NCBI GenBank assembly: GCA_027592945.1
Contig: JAQCJP010000003.1
Span: forward strand, 1 to 44,173
Direction: 5' to 3'
DNA: 44,173 nucleotides
From: Planctomycetota bacterium
GTDB lineage: Bacteria; Planctomycetota; Planctomycetia; Pirellulales; UBA1268
Positions 37,619-44,173 of this stretch are shown here, piece by piece; position 1 is the stretch's first letter; every line of letters starts with the position of its first letter. The notes below the pieces were generated by a model, which was not told the DNA's origin, ran no database searches, and worked only from the letters and a program-made list of their open reading frames with translations. The position numbers and the translations under genes are program-made.

Positions 37619-38362
37619 TCAATCCGCCGGAACCCCCTCCCGGGAGGTAGCCTCCGCCCGGAAAAACATCAAATGTTGCCAGGGGAGGCGGTCGAACTCG
37701 CGAGCCAGTTGAAAACCTGCCGGCTCGAGTTCGGCACGCACCTGGGCCTTGGTCATCTTGTGAAGCGGCTTGATCGGCACGGCCGGATCCTCGCCACGGA
37801 ACTCCGCGAGCACCAGCCGCCCCTTCTCGGCCAGGCTCTCCCGAATCCGGGCGAGCATCTGCTCAGGGTGGGAGAACTCGTGGTAGACGTCGACGCACAG
37901 CACCATGTCAACCTCACCTGCCGGAAGCCGAGGGTCGACGATGGTCCCCAGGATCGGCCGGATGTTGGTCAGCCCGGCGGCAGCCGCTCGACGGGCGAGC
38001 ATGCGGAGCATCTCCGGCTGGATGTCGACGGCATAGACGAGGCCCTCAGGACCCACCTGGCGAGCCAACTGAAGGGTGTAGAAGCCGTTGCCGCTGCCGA
38101 GGTCGCAGACCCGCTGGCCCTGCTTGATCTCGAGGGCCTCGAGCAGCAGGCGGCAGTCTTCTTCCCGCTGGCGGCTTTCCCGCACCAGCCAGGGGGCACC
38201 GGTGTAGTGCATCGTCTGGGCGATCTCCCGACCATGGAAGCGGGTCGCTGCTGGCGGGATCACCACCGAGCGATCGATCTCCATGTCAATCGGCAGCGGG
38301 GGGGCCGCTGCCACCGGGAGCACCGCGACCAAAGCGAGAAGGGGGGCGAGGGATCGTCTCAT
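37619..38362 (-). CDS. class I SAM-dependent methyltransferase with N-terminal signal-like segment
   Basis: CDLGSGNG, YAVDIQPEM, DVYHEFSHP, EFRGEDP, LPWQH. Confidence 0.88.
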   Translation of the reverse strand: MRRSLAPLLALVAVLPVAAAPPLPIDMEIDRSVVIPPAATRFHGREIAQTMHYTGAPWLVRESRQREEDCRLLLEALEIKQGQRVCDLGSGNGFYTLQLARQVGPEGLVYAVDIQPEMLRMLARRAAAAGLTNIRPILGTIVDPRLPAGEVDMVLCVDVYHEFSHPEQMLARIRESLAEKGRLVLAEFRGEDPAVPIKPLHKMTKAQVRAELEPAGFQLAREFDRLPWQHLMFFRAEATSREGVPAD

Positions 38363-38405
38363 CCCCGCGAGTATACGTCGGCCGACTGATCGGGCGGCCC
38401 CGACC

Positions 38406-39326
38406 TCAGGCAGCCGCCTCGAGGCCGGCCTCGCCGGCGGCATCGCAGAGGCTGGCGATCGTGATGCCGGCCCGCGTGGCAACTTCGGCCAGCCGTTCTC
38501 GATCGACCAGGATCGTGCGACCGGCCTCGATCGCCAGCACCCGTGCGCCGGCAGCCCGCAGCGACTCGAGCGTGCCGACCCCGATCGTCGGCATGTCGAA
38601 GCGAAGATCCTGCCGAGGCTTGGCGACCTTGACCGCCGTCATGCCGCCGGCCGGGCAGAGCCGGCCGGCCCGGCGGATGCATTCGTCGGTGCCTTCGATC
38701 GCTTCCAGCGCCAGGGGTGCCCGGTTCTTGACCACGACGGTCTGGCCGATGTCGAGGCGGCCCAGCTCCTTGGCCAGTCGCCATCCGAAGGCGACATCGG
38801 CCAGCTGCCGCGGCGAGAGCGGCCGACCCGCCAGCACGCCCTCCTCGGCCAGCAACTCCGGCGCAAAGTCGGTCGCCGGGCAGATCGCCACGCCGCGGCC
38901 GTCGAAGGCATGGGCGATTGCTCCCAGCAGCGAGTCATCGCGGTTATCGCGGCGGCGGCTGATGAAGTGGGGCCAGAAGGTCCGCAGGCCGGTCCAGTCG
39001 GGAAGGTGCCGCAGCCAGGCGTAGCGGGAAAAGAGGGTCTTCTTGTGGATCTTGCCGGCCATCGTGGCCCGGCGGACGCCGTGCCGCCGAAAAAAATCGA
39101 CCGCTCGGCCGATCTCCGCCACGCCCACCTCGCCCGACACGTCGGCCAAGGAGTCGAGCGACTGATCGGCGTGGTCGCGGATGGCGAGGATCGCGGTGCG
39201 GCCGCCGTGACGGCGGATCGCTTCGGCCACCGCGACTGGAAAGCGTCCCCACCCGGCAAGAATGCCGATCGTCTCGCCATCGAGGCCGGCGGGGGCGTGC
39301 TCGCGTCGGAGATCCATGGGCGGCAT
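38406..39326 (-). CDS. lpxI: UDP-2,3-diacylglucosamine diphosphatase LpxI (DUF1009)
   Basis: GILAGWGRFP, DDSLL, LDIGQTVVV, LEAIEGTD, KPRQDLRFDMPTIG; next to lpxD. Confidence 0.9.
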   Translation of the reverse strand: MPPMDLRREHAPAGLDGETIGILAGWGRFPVAVAEAIRRHGGRTAILAIRDHADQSLDSLADVSGEVGVAEIGRAVDFFRRHGVRRATMAGKIHKKTLFSRYAWLRHLPDWTGLRTFWPHFISRRRDNRDDSLLGAIAHAFDGRGVAICPATDFAPELLAEEGVLAGRPLSPRQLADVAFGWRLAKELGRLDIGQTVVVKNRAPLALEAIEGTDECIRRAGRLCPAGGMTAVKVAKPRQDLRFDMPTIGVGTLESLRAAGARVLAIEAGRTILVDRERLAEVATRAGITIASLCDAAGEAGLEAAA

Positions 39327-39331
39327 TGCTG

Positions 39332-40393
39332 TCAGGCGGCGTCGGCAGTCGTGCCGGGTCCGGCGGTGGCTCGCTCGACGGCCTCAACCCGGGCGGCGAG
39401 TGCCTTGAGATCCTTCCGCATCTCGGGAAGCTTCGAGATCGTGGCCAGTTGGAGCTTGCGGTCTCGAAGGTCGACGGCCGGCTCACCGAGCACCGTTTTG
39501 CCCGCGGCGATGTCGCACGAGACTCCGGAGCGGGCCCCCAGGACCGCCTTGTCGCCGATGTGGACATGATCCCGGACACCCACCTGACCGGCCATCACCA
39601 CCCAGTCGCCGGTGGAGGTGCTACCGGCCACGCCCACCTGCGAGCAGATCATGTTGTGGCAACCGAGCCGGCAGTTGTGGGCGATCATGACCAGGTTGTC
39701 GATCTTCGTTCCCGCACCGATCATCGTCGGGCCGTAGGTGCCCCGGTCGATGGTGCTGCCCGCCCCCACCTCGACATCGTCGGCCAGTTCGACCCAGCCG
39801 AGTTGTGCCGAGAGCTGATAGCGGCCGTCGGCCACCTTGTAGCCGAAGCCATGGGCCCCCAGGACGGCGTTTGCGTGAATCGTGCACCGCTGGCCGACCA
39901 CGGTGTTTTCGTAGAGCACCGCGTTGGGATAGATGGTGGTGCCCGCAGCAATCCGGCAGCCGGCCAGCAGCCGGACACCGGAATGAATCGTGACGCCGGG
40001 GCCGATCTCGCAGTCAGGGCCGACCGTAGCCAGCGGGTGGATTTCGACGTCGGCAGCGATCCTGGCCGAGGGATCGACGACAGCCTGCGGACTCACGCCT
40101 CCGCGGCGGGCTTCCCGGGCGGGGCGGAACCGGAGGATCATCGCCGCGAAGGCGGCATGGACGTCGGGCACCTCGATCGTCGGAAGGTGCAGCGGTCCCG
40201 AGCCCACCGGCACAATGGCGGCGGTGGCGGCGGTCTTGGCCAGGAGGTGGAGTTTCTCCGTGGCGTCGACGAGCGTGATGTCCCCCGGTGACGCTGTTTC
40301 AAGCGTGGCGGCTCCGGTGATCGGCAGCGCGGCCCCGCTTCCGACCAGGCCGCCGCCGACGAGTGTCGCGAGATCCTCGAGCGTGATCGACAT
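39332..40393 (-). CDS. lpxD: UDP-3-O-(3-hydroxyacyl)glucosamine N-acyltransferase
   Basis: Hexapeptide repeats; GAHGFGY, IDRG, TKIDNLVMIAHN, AGQVG. Confidence 0.95.
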   Translation of the reverse strand: MSITLEDLATLVGGGLVGSGAALPITGAATLETASPGDITLVDATEKLHLLAKTAATAAIVPVGSGPLHLPTIEVPDVHAAFAAMILRFRPAREARRGGVSPQAVVDPSARIAADVEIHPLATVGPDCEIGPGVTIHSGVRLLAGCRIAAGTTIYPNAVLYENTVVGQRCTIHANAVLGAHGFGYKVADGRYQLSAQLGWVELADDVEVGAGSTIDRGTYGPTMIGAGTKIDNLVMIAHNCRLGCHNMICSQVGVAGSTSTGDWVVMAGQVGVRDHVHIGDKAVLGARSGVSCDIAAGKTVLGEPAVDLRDRKLQLATISKLPEMRKDLKALAARVEAVERATAGPGTTADAA

Positions 40394-40546
40394 GGCAAGG
40401 CCTCCCTGGGAGTCGCCGGCGGTTCCGGCGGGGCGGGGAGAATAGGGAGGCCCTCAGGGCGGGACAAGGTGAAATCACCGTCGGTTTTCGCGGCCACCCC
40501 ACCGCTCATCGCACGCCTGAGCGGTCCTCCAGCCGGCGTCCTGCTG

Positions 40547-41299
40547 TCAGCCCGAGCGGGTCTTGAGATCAGCCAGGCCGCCGTCGACACCGAGAACCTG
40601 TCCGGTGATCCAGTCCTGGGCCGGGTCGAGCAGGAAAGCGATTGCCCGGGCGACGTCCTCTGGTTCCCCGAGCCTGCCGAGCGGATGCATGGCGATTGAC
40701 GCCTTCTCAGCCAGTTCACTGGCGACCAGTCCGGCGGTCAGCGGGGTGCGGACGAGGCCGGGGGCGACGGCGTTAAACCGGATCTTCTGGCGGGCGTAGG
40801 TGGCGGCCGCGGAAAGCACGAGGCCAATGATCCCGGCCTTTGCCGCGGCGATCGCCTCATGGTTGGCCAGCCCGATTCGGGCGGCCGCACTCGAAACGAG
40901 CACGACGGAGCCCCCGCCTGCCTTGAGCAGCCGGCCGGCCGCCCGCACGCAGCCAAAGGCGGCGGTCAAATTGGCCGCAAGCGTCGCCTGCCACTCGGCG
41001 GTGGTAGTCAGATGGGCCGGCTTGAGCAGGAGCGATCCGGCGCAGCAGGAGATTCCCGTCAGGCCGCCGAGCTGCTCGGCGGCGGCGTCGGCGCAGGCAT
41101 CGATCGCATCAGGATCGGCAGCATCGACCGCCGCCCAACGTCCGTCCAGTTCGCCGGCAGTCGCCTCGAGTTTCGCGGCATCACGACCCGCCAGAAAGAC
41201 CCGCCCGCCGCCGGCGACGATGCTCCGGGCCACGGCCGAGCCGATGCCGCCGGCCCCACCGATGATGAAGACCCGCTGCGGGGCGGCTGCGGTCATCAA
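40547..41299 (-). CDS. SDR family oxidoreductase
   Basis: GGAGGIG, NAVAPG, HPLGRLG.PED, ITGQVLGVDGG. Confidence 0.9.
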   Translation of the reverse strand: MMTAAAPQRVFIIGGAGGIGSAVARSIVAGGGRVFLAGRDAAKLEATAGELDGRWAAVDAADPDAIDACADAAAEQLGGLTGISCCAGSLLLKPAHLTTTAEWQATLAANLTAAFGCVRAAGRLLKAGGGSVVLVSSAAARIGLANHEAIAAAKAGIIGLVLSAAATYARQKIRFNAVAPGLVRTPLTAGLVASELAEKASIAMHPLGRLGEPEDVARAIAFLLDPAQDWITGQVLGVDGGLADLKTRSG

Positions 41300-42303
41300 A
41301 GCCAGTTACCCACGGTCTGCTCGAGCTTCGCGTCCGCAGCGAGGCTGCGGAGCTTTTCCATCGCCCGTCCCTGAATCTGCCGAATCCGCTCCTTGCAGAC
41401 GCCCATCTGGCTGCCGAGTTCGCGGAAGGTTCGGGGCGGCTTGCCATCGAAGCCAAACCTGGCCACGACGATCCGCCGTTCCCGGGGCTCGAGTTCACCG
41501 AGAAATCCGGTGAACAACTCCTTGAGTGTCGCGATCTGCTCGCTCGAGCAGTAGTCGTGCTCCGGTTCCTGCTCGGGCCGATCCTTGAGCGCCTCGTCGT
41601 CGGCGATAAACCGCTTGCGAAACTGCCGGCCCCGTTGGGAGAGCCGATAGAAGTGACGCTGGATGGCGTAGGTGGCATACGTGCTGAACCGATTGCCGAG
41701 GGCGAAGTTGAACTTTTCGACCGCCCGCATCAGCGCCAGATTGCCCTCACTGACCAGCTCATCAAACGACCACGTGGGGTCGACGAACTTCTTCGCGATC
41801 GAGACAACCAGCCGAAGGTTGGAGGTGATCAGGATCGCCTTGACGGTTTCCGCCTCTGCGAGAAAGCCCTCGACAAGTTCGATCTGTCGCAGCGAGGCGC
41901 GGCGCCGGTCGTAGCGGCCCCGGGTTGTGGCAGCCTTGAACTTCAGCCAGTTCATCCGCCGGAAATAAAACTGCTCTTCCTCTTTCGTCAGGAGCCGGTT
42001 CTGGTAGAGGCTGGCGATGTAGGGAGTCATCCCGGAGCTGCTCGACGGAGCCGCACCGGACCGTTCCAGCGGAACCGCAGCCTCGGCAGGAGGCATCGTC
42101 GCCAGCCGCTCCGCGTTGCTCTTGAGAAACTCCCGGCACGGGATGTAGTCGATCTCTCGGGAGAAGAGCGCGGCTCGCCGAGACCGCACCTCGGCGAGTC
42201 GCTTTTGCCGGGCAGCCTCGCTGCGGCGAGCGGATGACGAACCCCGCTTCCCGTCAGACTTCTGTTTCGATGCAGCCTTGCGAGGCTTGGCGATGGCGAT
42301 CAT
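41296..42303 (-). CDS. sigma-70 family RNA polymerase sigma factor (regions 1.2, 2, 4; region 3 largely absent)
   Basis: LLTKEEE, SNLRLVVSIAKKF, EGNLALMRAVEKF, RFSTYATY, TFRELG..MGVCKERIRQIQ. Confidence 0.92.
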   Translation of the reverse strand: MIAIAKPRKAASKQKSDGKRGSSSARRSEAARQKRLAEVRSRRAALFSREIDYIPCREFLKSNAERLATMPPAEAAVPLERSGAAPSSSSGMTPYIASLYQNRLLTKEEEQFYFRRMNWLKFKAATTRGRYDRRRASLRQIELVEGFLAEAETVKAILITSNLRLVVSIAKKFVDPTWSFDELVSEGNLALMRAVEKFNFALGNRFSTYATYAIQRHFYRLSQRGRQFRKRFIADDEALKDRPEQEPEHDYCSSEQIATLKELFTGFLGELEPRERRIVVARFGFDGKPPRTFRELGSQMGVCKERIRQIQGRAMEKLRSLAADAKLEQTVGNWL

Positions 42304-42313
42304 GCAGAATCCT

Positions 42314-42398
42314 TGCGGTTTTCATGGAGGCGTGTCTCCTGAGAGAACCGCAGGCCGGCGGTCCGGCTAACCGCTCGAAGCGGATTTCCGGACCCGCC
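42314..42398 (-). promoter_or_regulatory. two adjacent stem-loops in the leader of the sigma factor gene (putative cis-regulatory RNA)
   Basis: Arms 42357-42366/42388-42398 with inner CCGCT/AGCGG; arms 42314-42323/42343-42352 with inner GGAGGC/GTCTCC. Confidence 0.45.
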
Positions 42399-42414
42399 AA
42401 TTTTTTCGCATGTT

Positions 42415-43242
42415 TCAGCCCCCTGCCACCGAGCAACCGCGACGGCGGAGCCGCGACAGGGGCACGACGGCCGCCGCCGCCAGGGCAGCCAGGGCGAGCG
42501 TGGAAGGCTCGGGGACAACCTGGAAGGTGTAGACGGCCGAGCCGCTCACCTGGGTCGCCCCGTTGAGGCCAGCGGCCTGGATGCCGACCTGGTAGAGGCC
42601 CGGCTCGGTGAAGAAGAGCGTCCGGTGAATGTGGCCGTCGGCCGGCACGGAGAAGGAGTCGCCCGTGAAGGTGGTGTCGCCATCCTGGAGCACCCAGAGC
42701 TGGGTCGAGCCGTCGTAGATCGCCATCGTGCCGCCGGCTGGCGCGGTGAAGGACGTCGGCGTGAAGGTGACGTTGCCGAAGTTCTCGCCGGCAAAGCCCT
42801 CCTCGGTGGCCCAGCCGAGGAAGGGGGTATCGTAGTGGTCGGCGTCGGCACCAGTGGGCGAGAGGACCCAGAGCGGACTGCCGACCGGCACGCCCAGAGC
42901 GTCGTATTGGGAGCCCGTGAAGTCGTAGCCCGTGGCCAGGCCGGTCCAGAAGCCCGTGGGGTTGTCGATCCGGCCCAGGTCGGCCGTCTGCGGGATGCGG
43001 ATCGTGACATCGGCCGGCTCGAAGGGCTGGCCGTCGGGATCGGTGACCACGACCCCGTCGATCGTCGCCCCCTGCTCGGCGTGGACCTCCATCTCGAAGG
43101 CCGTGGGATCGAGCGGGTCGTAGGCAACGCCAATGTCGCCGTGGCCCGCCGACCAGACTTCTCCGCGGGCGGTTGAGATGGGCAGAACTGCCAGTGCGGC
43201 CGGCACAAGCAGGGCTGGAAGCATCAGGCGACGGATCGTCAT
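42415..43242 (-). CDS. PEP-CTERM surface protein with His motifs (choice-of-anchor M/TIGR03769-like, putative metal binding)
   Basis: Signal peptide; GHGDIG; GHIHR..FTEPGLY; VVPEPSTLAL + TM + RRR; SD GGAG before ATG 43242. Confidence 0.85.
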   Translation of the reverse strand: MTIRRLMLPALLVPAALAVLPISTARGEVWSAGHGDIGVAYDPLDPTAFEMEVHAEQGATIDGVVVTDPDGQPFEPADVTIRIPQTADLGRIDNPTGFWTGLATGYDFTGSQYDALGVPVGSPLWVLSPTGADADHYDTPFLGWATEEGFAGENFGNVTFTPTSFTAPAGGTMAIYDGSTQLWVLQDGDTTFTGDSFSVPADGHIHRTLFFTEPGLYQVGIQAAGLNGATQVSGSAVYTFQVVPEPSTLALAALAAAAVVPLSRLRRRGCSVAGG

Positions 43243-43275
43243 AGCGGTTTTCTCCATGCAAGAAGGAAAGGTCGC

Positions 43276-43306
43276 GAATGTGCAAATGCAACACATTTGC
43301 GTATTC
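43276..43306. promoter_or_regulatory. second Fur/Zur-like box within a 13-bp imperfect inverted repeat
   Basis: GAATGTGCAAATG-CAACA-CATTTGCGTATTC; contains TGCAA-N5-TTGCG at 43287-43301. Confidence 0.5.
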
Positions 43307-43324
43307 TGGCGGCCCCCTCGAGAA

Positions 43325-43343
43325 TTTGCAATAGTATTGCAAA
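43325..43343. promoter_or_regulatory. perfect 9-1-9 AT-rich palindrome, Fur-family (probably Zur) operator
   Basis: TTTGCAATA-G-TATTGCAAA in a GC-rich genome, about 80 bp upstream of the PEP-CTERM gene. Confidence 0.7.
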
Positions 43344-43369
43344 AAAGAGGGTCGCTCTTCGGCCTGCCG

Positions 43370-44080
43370 TCAGGCAGCCCTTTTTCGTGACCGCCGGACG
43401 ACACGCCAGAGTCCGCCGGCTGCCGCGATTCCCATCAGCCCAAGCGTCGAGGGCTCCGGCACCGGGGCGAAGGCGACGTCGACCATTGCCTGGACACCCG
43501 CGGGCACGTTGCTGGCGAAGCCCTGCTCGAAGGTGACCAGAAAGGGCTCCGAGGTGGTGAAGCCCGTGCTGCCTGCACCTGGTCCGAGCGTCAGAACGAC
43601 TCCGTAGAGGCCGGTCGTCGCCCCGTCCGGCAGCGAATAGTCGATGTGTTCGTGGAAGGCGCCGGTGCTGGGCACCGAGGTGATCACAAAGCCCGGCGCG
43701 CCGGCGGTGTCGCTGCCGGTGATCGTCGCCGAACGGACGCCCTGGTAGTCGAGGGTCATCGCGGCCGGAGGGGGAGCCAGCGCAAAGCCGTCCCAGTAGA
43801 GAAGCTGCTTGGCGAAATCGACTCGGATCGTGGCCCCTGCAGGGAAGGTGCCCGCCAGGCTGTCAAAGCCGGGGCTTTCAGTGGTGTAGGGCGTGGCCAG
43901 CGGCATGAGTCCCTCGTCGAAGACCCGCCCGGCATACTCGCCGGACCAGGTGCCCCCGCTCGTCGCGATCGGCCCGTCGGCCGTCGGTACGGTCAGCAGG
44001 ATGTCTCCCTGATGCTGGGCCGCCGCCGGGATCGCCGGGACGAGCAGGCACGACAGGATGACGAAGGGAAGGCACCGCAT
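43370..44080 (-). CDS. PEP-CTERM surface protein with His motifs
   Basis: SD GAGGTGA; signal peptide ...PAAA|QHQGDI; FHEHIDY...TGLY; PVPEPSTLGL + TM + RRSRKR. Confidence 0.87.
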   Translation of the reverse strand: MRCLPFVILSCLLVPAIPAAAQHQGDILLTVPTADGPIATSGGTWSGEYAGRVFDEGLMPLATPYTTESPGFDSLAGTFPAGATIRVDFAKQLLYWDGFALAPPPAAMTLDYQGVRSATITGSDTAGAPGFVITSVPSTGAFHEHIDYSLPDGATTGLYGVVLTLGPGAGSTGFTTSEPFLVTFEQGFASNVPAGVQAMVDVAFAPVPEPSTLGLMGIAAAGGLWRVVRRSRKRAA

Positions 44081-44110
44081 GGGATCACCTCGCAACACGT
44101 AAAACACGAT

Positions 44111-44173
44111 TCACTGGGCGGGCTTGGCAAACTCGAAACCCGTTTCGACCCACTCCCCGATCTGCGACTCGGG
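44111..44173 (-). CDS. C-terminal fragment of an upstream CDS running off the right edge
   Basis: Open frame PESQIGEWVETGFEFAKPAQ* ending 30 bp before the next gene; family not assignable. Confidence 0.45.
   Translation of the reverse strand, partial: PESQIGEWVETGFEFAKPAQ

Noticed and set aside
38406-40393. Lipid A genes (lpxI, lpxD) plus lptB in a planctomycete
   Set aside because: LPS pathway genes are already established for this phylum; not novel
44133-44148. Palindrome TCGAAAC-CC-GTTTCGA
   Set aside because: Short, and it lies within the probable upstream coding fragment

Overview
High-GC bacterial chromosomal window, very likely from a Planctomycetota (Pirellulales-like) genome. The assignment rests on a DUF1559 prepilin-like protein, a PSCyt/DUF1549-DUF1553 cytochrome, DUF1501, a BBP7-like beta-barrel and PEP-CTERM proteins. 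About 41 CDS are present. Most are housekeeping or envelope genes (aroG-type DAHP synthase, lptB, lepB, lepA, rseP, dxr, ftsH, lpxI, lpxD, ROK kinase, TrmH, RNase HII-like, SixA). I found no rRNA, tRNA, CRISPR array or transposase. The most notable items are: (1) a probable metal (Zn)-starvation module at the right edge, with two His-motif PEP-CTERM surface proteins, two Fur/Zur-type palindromes between them, and a downstream atypical sigma-70 factor with a highly structured leader and uORF; (2) a compact c-di-GMP cassette at the left edge (PilZ, PAS-GAF-PAS kinase, REC-GGDEF, GAF-HD-GYP); (3) a stand-alone FabF-like ketosynthase whose catalytic Cys is replaced by Asp; (4) two palindromic intergenic elements. 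All family calls come from motif recognition by eye, not database searches, and several start codons are estimates.
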